Origin: a bacterium
Lineage (GTDB): Bacteria > J088 > JAWLBW01
DNA length: 64,000 nt
Direction: 5' to 3'
NCBI GenBank assembly: GCA_041690355.1
Contig: JAWLHK010000006.1
Span: 62,001-126,000, forward strand
Below, piece after piece: positions 46,243-55,470 of this stretch; position 1 is the stretch's first letter, and each line of letters opens with the position of its first letter. Under the pieces are notes generated by a model. It was not told the origin of the DNA, did not search any database, and worked only from the letters and a program-made list of their open reading frames with translations. A program made the position numbers and the translations under genes.

Positions 46243-48315
46243 ATGAACCGCCTGAATGTCTTTCGCGTCCTCGTCCTCATTTCGGTGCGCAACCTGCGCA
46301 GCCACTGGGCCAAGACGCTGATTGTCGGCAGCATTCTTTTCTTCGGCACGGCGCTGTGGACGATCGGTTCCTCGCTCATCGGCAGCATCGAAAACGCCAT
46401 GTCGCGCACGATTGTCGAAAGCGTGACCGGTCACCTGCAGATTTATCAGGATGGCACCCGCGATACCCTGGCCCTGTTCGGCGGCGGCTCTTTCGGCGCG
46501 CCGGATATCGGCGAAATTCCCAACTTCGAGGACCTGCTCCGGGCCGTGGACGGCGTCGAGAATGTCAAGGCAATCGTGCCGATGGGCACCACCATCGGTC
46601 TTCTCTCGAACCCGAGCCAGCTCGACGCGGCCCTCGGCGATCTGCGCACCGCCGCCTACGATGCCGACGCCGAACGGCAGCGGGAGGCCGAGGCGCGCAC
46701 GCGGTACCTGATGGAGCTGCTGCTTGAGGATTCGGAGTCGCGCCTGCACGGCCAGCAGTTGACCGCCGAATTGGAACAGAATCTGGCGGATCTGCGCTAT
46801 GCGCTGTCGGCGACCTTCTGGACCGAATACGCCGCGAACCCCCTCGAACGTCTCGAGTTTCTCGACACGCGCATCGCCCCGCAGGGCACCGACGGCTCGC
46901 TCGTCTACCTGCGGCTGCTCGGCACCGATCTTGAGCAGTACCGCAAGGTTTTCGGGCAGTTTGAGATTTTCGAAGGAGAACCGGTTCCGCCGGGAGAGCG
47001 GGGGCTCATGATGCCCTACCACTTCCGCGAACAGTTCCTCAAGAACCGGGTGGCGCGCGATCTGGATGCCATGAAGAAGCGGGTCGACGACGGCTTTACG
47101 TTTGTTGAGGACGACGCGCTGCAGGAGAAGGCCCGCAGCGCCGTCCGGCAATACAAGCGGCTGCTCGTCGACCTCGATCCCGGCAAGCGCGATGCGCTGC
47201 AGAGCGCCCTCGAAAGTGAGTTGGGCCGGACGGGCCGTGTCGACGAGCTGCTGCAGGAATATCTGCGCATCGACGACGCAAACTTCTCCCGCCGGTTCGC
47301 CCATTTTTATTCCGCCATCGCGCCGCTCGTTCGCCTCTATCCCGTGGAGGTCGGCGAATCGGTTACCGTGCGCGCCTTCACGCGCAGCGGATACATGCGC
47401 AGCGCCAACCTGAAGCTGTACGGCATCTTCCACTTCAAGGGGATGGAGCAGTCCTTCGCGGGCATCTACAACCTCGTCGACATCATGACCTTTCGCGAGC
47501 TTTACGGGGCGATCACGGCGCGCCAGCGCGACGAACTCTCCACGCTGAAAGAGGAAGTGGGGATTACGGACGTGGGGGCTGAAAACGCCGAAGATGCCCT
47601 GTTCGGCGGCGACAGCCTGGTGGTCGAAGAGAGCGGCACTTCGGCTGTCTCGGTCGATCAGCTGCTTGCGGCGAGCGGCGTCGAAGCGGCGGGCGGTGAA
47701 AAATTCACCCGCGAAGACGTCGAAAGCGGACTTGCGCTTCATGCCGCCGTCGTGCTCGAGAACCCGGAACTCCTGTTCGAGACCCGCGCAGCGCTGGATG
47801 CGGCGGTTAAGGGGGCGAACCTCCCCCTGCGCGTCGTTCCCTGGCAGCAGGCCGCCGGTTTCGCGGGCCAGCTCACGATGGCGATGCGGGCCGTGCTTCT
47901 CTTCGGCATGGTTATCATCTTTCTCATGGCGCTCGTCGTCATGAACAACACGGTCATCATCTCGACCATGGAGCGGACGTCTGAGATCGGAACCTTGCGG
48001 GCCATCGGCGCGCAACGGCCTTTCATTCTGCTCATGTTCCTGCTCGAGACCATGGCCATTGCCGTGCTGGCGGGTGTGGCCGGCGCTCTGGCGGGCGCGG
48101 CGCTGGTGGGGGCGATGGCGGTGAACGGCATTCCGGCGTTCACCGACCAGCTCGTGTTTCTGTTCGGGGGTCCCCGTCTGTTTCCGGTCGTCAGCGCGGC
48201 CGACATGGTGACCGGCCTGATTATCATTCTGATCGTCAGCATGGTGGCCACATATTTCCCGGCCCGCGGGGCCACGCGCGTGCAGCCGGTCGAGGCCATG
48301 CGCGGAGCGGATTGA
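46243..48315 (+). CDS. FtsX/LolC-like ABC permease with large periplasmic insertion
   Basis: One N-terminal TM, very large periplasmic domain, ERTSEIGTLRAIG and three C-terminal TMs. Confidence 0.85.
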   Translation: MNRLNVFRVLVLISVRNLRSHWAKTLIVGSILFFGTALWTIGSSLIGSIENAMSRTIVESVTGHLQIYQDGTRDTLALFGGGSFGAPDIGEIPNFEDLLRAVDGVENVKAIVPMGTTIGLLSNPSQLDAALGDLRTAAYDADAERQREAEARTRYLMELLLEDSESRLHGQQLTAELEQNLADLRYALSATFWTEYAANPLERLEFLDTRIAPQGTDGSLVYLRLLGTDLEQYRKVFGQFEIFEGEPVPPGERGLMMPYHFREQFLKNRVARDLDAMKKRVDDGFTFVEDDALQEKARSAVRQYKRLLVDLDPGKRDALQSALESELGRTGRVDELLQEYLRIDDANFSRRFAHFYSAIAPLVRLYPVEVGESVTVRAFTRSGYMRSANLKLYGIFHFKGMEQSFAGIYNLVDIMTFRELYGAITARQRDELSTLKEEVGITDVGAENAEDALFGGDSLVVEESGTSAVSVDQLLAASGVEAAGGEKFTREDVESGLALHAAVVLENPELLFETRAALDAAVKGANLPLRVVPWQQAAGFAGQLTMAMRAVLLFGMVIIFLMALVVMNNTVIISTMERTSEIGTLRAIGAQRPFILLMFLLETMAIAVLAGVAGALAGAALVGAMAVNGIPAFTDQLVFLFGGPRLFPVVSAADMVTGLIIILIVSMVATYFPARGATRVQPVEAMRGAD

Positions 48316-48323
48316 GGTATGCG

Positions 48324-49667
48324 ATGAAGGTTTTTCTTGAGATTGCCTATCACAACCTGGTGCAGGCCCGGCGGAGAACGTTTCTGCTCGGCATCGGGTT
48401 GCTCTTCGTCACGTTTCTCCTCGTTTCGCTTCTCGGTTTCTCCGAAAGCATCTCCCGGCAGCTGCTGCGGGCGGCCACCACGCTTTCTTCGGGGCATGTG
48501 AACGTCGCCGGCTTCAACAAAGCGAAGCCTTCTGACGCGGGGGCCTACATTTCGGGCGTCAAGGATCTGCGCGCATTCGTGCTCGAGAACGTTCCCGACG
48601 TGGATTACGTGATTGATCGCTACCGGGGCTGGGTTCAGCTCTCCAGTGAGACCGATTCGCTGCAGACAGGTGTTGCCGGGGTCGACATTGCCGAAGAGCC
48701 GCAGCTCGACGAGTTACTGTCCATCGCCCCCCGCTCGGCCTATCGCGAGGGGGAGGGGGATGAGCGCGAAGGGTCGATCGGGGGACTCGCCGGAGAGGAT
48801 ACGATCGTCATTTTCGCCAGTCACGCCAAGCAGCTCAATGTGCGCGTCGGCGACAGTCTGACGATGATCTCCCAGAACCCCGACGGGGTCACGAACACGA
48901 AGGACGTCCGCCTCGTCGGTGTGGCCGAAGACATCAGCATGCTCTCGATGTTCACGGTCTTCACGCCGAAGAAGACGCTGCAGGACCTGTATACCTTGCC
49001 GGACGACACGTCGGGGGCCATTCACATTTTCCTCAAGGATCCGAGCCGGTCCGAAGAGGCGATGTCGGCCCTGCGCCAGGCCCTCGTTCAGGCGGGGCAT
49101 CCGGTGCTGGAGCCGAATCCGCAGCCGTTCTTCATGAAGTTCGAGACCATCGCCGGCGACGACTGGATCGGCCAGAAGCTCGACGTGACCTTCTGGAAGG
49201 ACGAAATCTCCTTTCTCGTGTGGATTCTCACCGTCGTCGACGCCGTCTCCTTCGTGCTCGTCAGCCTGCTTCTCGTGATTATCGCCGTCGGTATCATGAA
49301 CACCATGTGGATCGCGGTGCGCGAGCGGACCTCGGAAATCGGTACCCTGCGGGCCATCGGGATGTCGCGGCGCCGGGTTCTTCTCATGTTCCTGCTCGAG
49401 GCGGCGCTGCTGGGAATCGTGTTCACCCTGATCGGCGGGCTGCTCGGCATGGGCGGCGCCGCGCTGCTCGATGCGGCGTCCATCGAGATCCCCCACGGTC
49501 CCATCCGGGCGTTTCTCATGAGCGATCGGTGGCGGCTCGCCGTAACGCCGTTGCAGGTCGTCGTTTCCGTCGCCGGCATTACGGCGGTCACCGTGTTCGC
49601 CTCGCTGTGGCCGGCCATCCGCGCGTCGCGGCTGCAGCCGATCACCGCCATTTCGTCGGTCAATTGA
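48324..49667 (+). CDS. FtsX/LolE-like ABC permease
   Basis: IMNTM...ERTSEIGTLRAIG; 1+3 TM topology. Confidence 0.88.
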   Translation: MKVFLEIAYHNLVQARRRTFLLGIGLLFVTFLLVSLLGFSESISRQLLRAATTLSSGHVNVAGFNKAKPSDAGAYISGVKDLRAFVLENVPDVDYVIDRYRGWVQLSSETDSLQTGVAGVDIAEEPQLDELLSIAPRSAYREGEGDEREGSIGGLAGEDTIVIFASHAKQLNVRVGDSLTMISQNPDGVTNTKDVRLVGVAEDISMLSMFTVFTPKKTLQDLYTLPDDTSGAIHIFLKDPSRSEEAMSALRQALVQAGHPVLEPNPQPFFMKFETIAGDDWIGQKLDVTFWKDEISFLVWILTVVDAVSFVLVSLLLVIIAVGIMNTMWIAVRERTSEIGTLRAIGMSRRRVLLMFLLEAALLGIVFTLIGGLLGMGGAALLDAASIEIPHGPIRAFLMSDRWRLAVTPLQVVVSVAGITAVTVFASLWPAIRASRLQPITAISSVN

Positions 49668-49676
49668 GGGTCAACC

Positions 49677-50456
49677 ATGCGTCTGCTCCAACTCGTTACC
49701 ACGCTTCTTCTGACCGCCGTCCTCGCTCCGCAGGCGGCGTTCGCGCTCACGACCGAAGAGATGACGAAGCTGCTTGCCGTCGTCGACGACCGCCAGCGCA
49801 ACAGCGGCGACTACCGCTCGCTCATCTACATTCAGCAGAAAGAGAAGGGGAAAGAGGATCTGCTGTACGAAGCCGTGAGCTACCGGCGAGACGAAGACGA
49901 CAAGCTGATCATCCTCTTCACGAAGCCGAAGTCTGAACAGGGCAAGGGATATCTGCGCATCGACAAGAACCTGTTTCTCTACGATCCGACGGTCGGCAAG
50001 TGGGAGCGTCGCACGGAGCGCGACCGGATCATCGGGACCAATTCGCGCCGCAGCGACTTCGACGAGTCGCGTCTCGCCGAGGAGTTCGATCCGGCCTATG
50101 TGGGGGAAGAGAAGCTCGGCAAGTTCGCCGTTCATCACCTGGAACTGAAGGCGAAGAAGGGGGTCGACGTGGCCTACCCGATTCTCCACCTCTGGGTCGA
50201 CAAGGAGACGGGCAACGTGCTGAAGCGGCAGGAGTTTGCCCTTTCGGGGCGCCTCATCCGCACGACCTACAATCCGTCGTGGGCGAAGCTCTACAGCCCC
50301 TCCAAGAAGGCTGACATCTACTATCCGAAAGAGATCCGCATCTTCGACGAGATTGAAAAGGGGAACGCGACGACCATTCTCATCCGCGAAGTCGACCTGA
50401 ATCCCTTGCCGGCCAACATCTTCACAAAGGCCTGGCTCGAGAGCAAGAGCCGGTAA
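49677..50456 (+). CDS. Outer-membrane lipoprotein-sorting (LolA-like) periplasmic protein
   Basis: Signal peptide, beta-rich, GKGYL...NLFLYDP...GTNSRRSD pattern; operon context. Confidence 0.75.
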   Translation: MRLLQLVTTLLLTAVLAPQAAFALTTEEMTKLLAVVDDRQRNSGDYRSLIYIQQKEKGKEDLLYEAVSYRRDEDDKLIILFTKPKSEQGKGYLRIDKNLFLYDPTVGKWERRTERDRIIGTNSRRSDFDESRLAEEFDPAYVGEEKLGKFAVHHLELKAKKGVDVAYPILHLWVDKETGNVLKRQEFALSGRLIRTTYNPSWAKLYSPSKKADIYYPKEIRIFDEIEKGNATTILIREVDLNPLPANIFTKAWLESKSR

Positions 50457-50461
50457 TCCGT

Positions 50462-51943
50462 ATGCGCCGACTTATCGTCTGTCTGTCGCTCCTTGCAGCC
50501 GCAACTCCGGTCGATGCCCAGGAGTCCGATGCCGAGCGGGACGCGGCCATTTTCGGTGAAGCCGCTCCCGCTGCCTCCACCGATTCCGTCGTGGGCGCAG
50601 AAGAAGAAGCGGCGATGTTCGATGCGGCGGCCGAGACGTCGCCCCCGCCGAACCAGCCGGACGCTGAGGATGCGCTCTTCGGCGAACGATCCGGAGCGGA
50701 TCTGCAGGCGGCATCGGCGCTGCCGGATCTGGTCGATGCGAAGGACGATCGTCTTGAAATCGGCGGGCTTGCGTACCTGCGCGGGAGCTATGCGCTCTCG
50801 CAGGGTGAGGATGCCGAAACGGCGCCCCTGCGTACGCCGGCTCTTTTCGACCTGTACGCCGATGCGCGGCCCAGCGAGCGGGTCCGGATTTTCACGCGCG
50901 GACGGTTTACCTATGACTTCTCGATTCCCTCGAGCGCGACGAATGCGACCGACAGCTTCGGCCGTCCGCTCGAGCGCGAAACGGTCGCGCTCGATCAGCT
51001 CTGGCTCAAGTTCGACGTCGCGCGAACGGTCTACGTGACGGCAGGGAAACAGCCGCTGAAATGGGGATCGGGACGGTTCTGGAACCCGACCGATTTTCTC
51101 AATCCGGTCCTGCGCGATCCGCTGGCTGCCTTCGACGAGCGGCTGGGGGTCACCCTGGTCAAGCTGCACGTTCCCTTCGAATCGACGGGCATGAACGTCT
51201 ACGGCGTGGTTGATGTCGACGGCGCCGACAGCCCCGAAGAGGTGGGCGGCGCGCTGCGGGCCGAAGCGGTGGTGGGTACCGCCGAACTGGCCCTCTCGGG
51301 TGGGGCGCGCAAAGGACGTCCGCGGTATCTCGGCGCCGATCTTTCCGCCGGAATCTGGGATTTCGACGTACGCCTCGAGGCAGCTTTCCGGCGTGGCGAC
51401 ACGGCCTCGTACTACGAAGGAGAACTCGATCTGCGCCGGATGCGTCTTCCCTCAGCGGTGAGCCGCAAGGACGAATGGATCCCCCAGGCGGTCGCGGGGC
51501 TCGAGTACAGCTTCAACTACAGCGACGAAGACAGCGCTTCGCTCGGTATCGAATACTTCTACAACGAATCGGGGTACGAGGACGCGTCCCTCTACCCCTG
51601 GCTCCTGTTCCAGGGGGCCTACCGCCCGCTCTACACGGGAAAGCATTACGGCGCCGTCTACGGATTTCTCGCTGGTCCCGGCAGCTGGAACGACACGACG
51701 ATCATCGTGTCGACGCTGGGGAACCTGAACGATCGTTCGTACCTGAGCCGTCTCGACTGGCGCGTGCAGCTGATGAGCTACCTCAACCTGGATCTGTATC
51801 TGAACTACCACTACGGGCGGAACGGGGAGTTCAATTTCGGCCTCGACGTTCCCCCCGTGCCGCTGGTTCCCCAGCTTGCGAACGGGTTCTCGTCGCCGCA
51901 GCCGCGGGTCGACGCGGGCGTGGGCGTCCGCATGAACCTGTAA
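50462..51943 (+). CDS. Putative outer-membrane beta-barrel protein
   Basis: Signal peptide, acidic linker, GKQPLKWGSGRFWNPTD, amphipathic strands to the C-terminus. Confidence 0.7.
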   Translation: MRRLIVCLSLLAAATPVDAQESDAERDAAIFGEAAPAASTDSVVGAEEEAAMFDAAAETSPPPNQPDAEDALFGERSGADLQAASALPDLVDAKDDRLEIGGLAYLRGSYALSQGEDAETAPLRTPALFDLYADARPSERVRIFTRGRFTYDFSIPSSATNATDSFGRPLERETVALDQLWLKFDVARTVYVTAGKQPLKWGSGRFWNPTDFLNPVLRDPLAAFDERLGVTLVKLHVPFESTGMNVYGVVDVDGADSPEEVGGALRAEAVVGTAELALSGGARKGRPRYLGADLSAGIWDFDVRLEAAFRRGDTASYYEGELDLRRMRLPSAVSRKDEWIPQAVAGLEYSFNYSDEDSASLGIEYFYNESGYEDASLYPWLLFQGAYRPLYTGKHYGAVYGFLAGPGSWNDTTIIVSTLGNLNDRSYLSRLDWRVQLMSYLNLDLYLNYHYGRNGEFNFGLDVPPVPLVPQLANGFSSPQPRVDAGVGVRMNL

Positions 51944-51979
51944 TCGGATCCGGAAGCTTGCGGCGGATGTCCGATCGGG

Positions 51980-52579
51980 TTACTTGACGCCGAGGATCTG
52001 AACGACGGCCGCACGCCCGGCGTGGTACTTGCCCTCGTGGACGTCGCGATCCAGTTCCCGGGCGATCTCCAGCTGCATTCCTTCCAGTTCTCCGCGAAGG
52101 ACGTCGAGGGTCATGAGCAAATCCGTCACAGGGGGCCCTCCCGTCTTGAATTCGAGCTGGCGCGGCGTGTAGGCCTCGAGAATAAGCACCCCGCCCGGAC
52201 GCAAACCCGCCACGGCGTCGCGGTGGACCCTGGCTCGCAGCGGCGGCGGCAGGTGTCCGAAGATGGAAACGATGCCGTCCCACATGCCGGCGTCAATCGG
52301 ATACTCGGCCAGGTCGGCCGCGATGGTCGTAATCTTGACTCCACGCTCCTGAGCCAGTTTCTGTGCCCGCTCCATACCCACCTTCGAGGCGTCGACGGCC
52401 GTGACCTCGAATCCCTGTTCCGCAAGATAGACGGCATTGCGGCCCTGGCCTTCGGCAAGGCACAGGACCGTGCCGCCCGCAGGAATGCGGGACGCGACTT
52501 CCCGCAGAAAGTCGTTCGGCGCATCGCCGTAAGCGAGTTCGGGTTCGGCGTAGCGTTCGTCCCAGAAGGAATTTGTCAT
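51980..52579 (-). CDS. Class I SAM-dependent methyltransferase (TehB-like)
   Basis: FWDERY and LCLAEGQGRNAVYLA. Confidence 0.9.
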   Translation of the reverse strand: MTNSFWDERYAEPELAYGDAPNDFLREVASRIPAGGTVLCLAEGQGRNAVYLAEQGFEVTAVDASKVGMERAQKLAQERGVKITTIAADLAEYPIDAGMWDGIVSIFGHLPPPLRARVHRDAVAGLRPGGVLILEAYTPRQLEFKTGGPPVTDLLMTLDVLRGELEGMQLEIARELDRDVHEGKYHAGRAAVVQILGVK

Positions 52580-52616
52580 TTTGTTCTCGGTGGGTACGTG
52601 GGTCTAAGGGTAATCC

Positions 52617-52766
52617 CTCGTCACTCGGGCAAAGCGCTAAGCGCCAAGCACTGAGCGCCAACAGCAAGTACCTTCTGCATAAGAGTACTTTCCGGTAAAT
52701 CGTAAATCGTCAATCGTAAATCGTCAATTTTCCAGATTCGTCACTCGTCACTCGTCACTCGTAACT
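52617..52766 (-). repeat. Compound heptamer cassette (AGTGACG x4, ATTGACG/ATTTACG x5, TGGCGCT x4-5)
   Basis: Plus strand agcgcta agcgcca agcactg agcgcca; ggtaaat cgtaaat cgtcaat cgtaaat cgtcaat; tcgtcac x3 tcgtaac. Confidence 0.9.
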
Positions 52767-54154
52767 TCGGTGACTTGGGCGAGGTGGCGCCCGAAGCGGC
52801 GCATGACCCAGAGGTGCACCAGGGCCTGGGTGTACCGATAGATCGGCCAGGGGAGGGCGGGGCGGTACTCGTGGATGCCCGCAATGGCGGCTCTGCCTCC
52901 GAGCACGATGCGGAATTCCAGACGGCCCCGCAGGCCGCTCTCGCCCCGCCGCAGCAGCAGGCCGCCGCGGATGTGAAAAAGGGCCAGCTCCGGGGTGCTT
53001 TGCTTCGGATCGTACTGTAGATCCAGCAGCGGCGCCCTGCGCAAGCCGGTCAGGTAAAACCGGCAGTCGCCGCAGTCGTCGACGTGCACGTGAACCCAAT
53101 GGCGAAACAGACGGGGCAGCCAGCGCATGTATTCGAGGGCCAGCCAGCGGGCGTCGCGGCCCAGGGGGAGCGGCAGCCGCTGCACCGACCGCACGTCGCG
53201 CGACGTGCGTCTGCGGCGCCGCCAGGATTCGCTGCCGTGCTGCACTTCGGCAACCAGGGCCTCGCGAACAGCGTCATCGAACGATAGGTGCGCCGGAGCA
53301 AGGGCATTCTGCGGCCCCGGATCGTGGACGATCGTTTCGTGCCTAAGGCTGTTCACCAGCGGACCTACCAGGGCGCGCGGGGCGCCGGTGACCAGCGACA
53401 CCCAGAGGGTTGACAGTTTCGGCGTCACGGCCGGCACGCCGAACATCGGCCGCGGCGTGCCCACGAGCTCGCCCGTGCGCCGCAGCATGTCGGCGTACGT
53501 CAGCACGTCGGGTCCCCCCGCTTCGACCGTGGGGGGCGGCGCAGGGTGCTCGAGGCAGGCGATGAGCAGCCGGAGGAGATCATCCAGGGCAATCGGCTGG
53601 GTGCGATTGCGCGTCCAGGCCGGCGCGACGAGCGCCGGTAGGCGCCGGACGAGATTCGCGAGAATTTCGAACGACGACCCCCCGGGGCCCAGCACGAGCC
53701 CCGCGCGCACGGCCGTAACCGGAATTCCATAGGCGCGCAGGGTATCCTCGACTTCGAGACGGCTCGCCAGGTGCTTCGAGAGCCGCGAGTGCGGGGGCAC
53801 GAGTCCGCCCAGATAGACGATCCGCTTCACACCGGCCTTGGCGGCGGCGCGCGCGAAATTGTCGGCCAGAATCAGATCGAGATCCTCGAAGCGCGCCTGG
53901 GTGAGCTGCGCCGAGGGGAGCATCGAGTGGACGAGGTAACAGGCGATGTCGGCCCCCGCGAGGGCCCGCTCGGTGTCGGGGAGCGAAAAGAGATCGGCCG
54001 CGCGCCACTCCACGGCCTCACTCGGCGCCGAGGTTCGCGTGCTGCGCGTCAGGGCGAGGATGGAATGGGATGCGGTCCCCTGCCGCGATCGCAGCCGCTC
54101 GATCAGATGGCGCCCGATGAATCCGGTCGCGCCGGCGATGGCGATGCGACTCAT
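52748..54154 (-). CDS. Atypical SDR/NAD(P)H-binding protein (YbjT-like) with C-terminal domain
   Basis: AGATGFIG, YLVHSM and SKHLASRLEVE. Confidence 0.85.
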   Translation of the reverse strand: MSRIAIAGATGFIGRHLIERLRSRQGTASHSILALTRSTRTSAPSEAVEWRAADLFSLPDTERALAGADIACYLVHSMLPSAQLTQARFEDLDLILADNFARAAAKAGVKRIVYLGGLVPPHSRLSKHLASRLEVEDTLRAYGIPVTAVRAGLVLGPGGSSFEILANLVRRLPALVAPAWTRNRTQPIALDDLLRLLIACLEHPAPPPTVEAGGPDVLTYADMLRRTGELVGTPRPMFGVPAVTPKLSTLWVSLVTGAPRALVGPLVNSLRHETIVHDPGPQNALAPAHLSFDDAVREALVAEVQHGSESWRRRRRTSRDVRSVQRLPLPLGRDARWLALEYMRWLPRLFRHWVHVHVDDCGDCRFYLTGLRRAPLLDLQYDPKQSTPELALFHIRGGLLLRRGESGLRGRLEFRIVLGGRAAIAGIHEYRPALPWPIYRYTQALVHLWVMRRFGRHLAQVTEVTSDE

Positions 54155-54169
54155 GGGATCAATCTTGGG

Positions 54170-55387
54170 TCAAAAGCCGCAAGCCGACGGCGGCGACCAG
54201 TAGACGTCCGGACTGAACGTCCCGCAATCGTCCAGGGTAAGGGCGCAGCGTCCGCCGTCGTGACGCAGGACGGTGATCGATCCGGAGCAGGTGCCTTGGG
54301 TCCGGGAATCGTCGGGCGCGTCCTTGCGATATGTGTACGAGAAGTCGGCCCCCGTCTTCAGCTCCGTGCGGAACCAGGTCGTCAGACCCGAGGTGGCGGG
54401 GTCGCCCACCGCGGCAAACGCAGAGCCGCGCGGGTCACGGCCGGCCTCGAAGGACGGCTCCTCCAGCGCCTCGGGATCGGCGCCGCCGCGTCCCCAATAG
54501 GCCACGATGCGGTAGGTAGCAGGCCCCTCGAGCGAGGTCGTGCCGTCGCGGTAGGCCGCCGACTGGTCGAGCACGTCGTCACGCTGCCATCGCAGGAACC
54601 ATCCGTGCGTGCGCGCCGCAGCATTCTCGGTTGCGTCGAGGCGAAAGGTTCCGGCGGGCCGGCGATCCTCGACGTGAAGCGTCTGGGTGAAAAGCGTGTG
54701 GTTCTTCTGCTGCAGACGCACGGCGACATTGGAGAGCGATTCGCTCCACGTGGGGTCGAAACCGTCGCTCTTTTCGATCTGATACCGCCCGGCGAGCCGG
54801 GTACCGCGCAGAAAGCGCGCATAGGATAGCGGCTGCGAGGGTGGCTCGATGACATGTTCCCAGCTGCCGAGATAGCGATCGGCACTCTCGGCGTCGACCT
54901 TGAGCAGCGTGCGGTAGCCTTCATAAACGCCCGAGACGCCGACGACGGCGAGTTGGAGCACGGGAATGCGTCTCGGCCAGCGCCCGCTGAGATCCGTCGG
55001 CGGATCGGCGCGCAGGAAGAAGCGGACTTCGGTGGGGATGCGCCGGGAACCGGTCGCCGTCTGCACGTCGTGGGTCACGGTTACGGCCTGCATGTACCAG
55101 CCGGTCGCGCCGTCGGGTCCGTTCACCGGACCGGCGAAGCCGGTCTTGGCATCGTCGTCGAGGCTCGAGCCCAGCTTCGGCCGCACGGCGGCGAACATCG
55201 GATTCGGCATCCCGGGGTCCAGTTGGGCGAGAGCCTGCCCCGTGATACCCATGACGGCCCCGAGCGCATCGACGGCCGCGTGCGCCGTTCGCTCGCCGCC
55301 CGATCGAAGAACGGCGGCAGGGTCGTCGTCGCCGCAGGATCCGGAGAGGAGAGCGCTAACGAGTAGTGCCGGGAGAAACCGCTTCAT
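54170..55387 (-). CDS. Hypothetical lipoprotein
   Basis: MKRFLPALLVSALLSGSC lipobox; Cys-containing C-terminus. Confidence 0.65.
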   Translation of the reverse strand: MKRFLPALLVSALLSGSCGDDDPAAVLRSGGERTAHAAVDALGAVMGITGQALAQLDPGMPNPMFAAVRPKLGSSLDDDAKTGFAGPVNGPDGATGWYMQAVTVTHDVQTATGSRRIPTEVRFFLRADPPTDLSGRWPRRIPVLQLAVVGVSGVYEGYRTLLKVDAESADRYLGSWEHVIEPPSQPLSYARFLRGTRLAGRYQIEKSDGFDPTWSESLSNVAVRLQQKNHTLFTQTLHVEDRRPAGTFRLDATENAAARTHGWFLRWQRDDVLDQSAAYRDGTTSLEGPATYRIVAYWGRGGADPEALEEPSFEAGRDPRGSAFAAVGDPATSGLTTWFRTELKTGADFSYTYRKDAPDDSRTQGTCSGSITVLRHDGGRCALTLDDCGTFSPDVYWSPPSACGF

Positions 55388-55470
55388 GGCGAGTATTATA
55401 CCCGGAACGCCCGCCGGGTGGAGGAATCTTCGACGCGGCGCAAGAAAGCGACCGCTGATAAAATACTGCA

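Noticed and set aside
52617-52766. Repeat cassettes as a CRISPR array
   Set aside because: Units are 7 bp and contiguous, with no unique spacers and no cas genes
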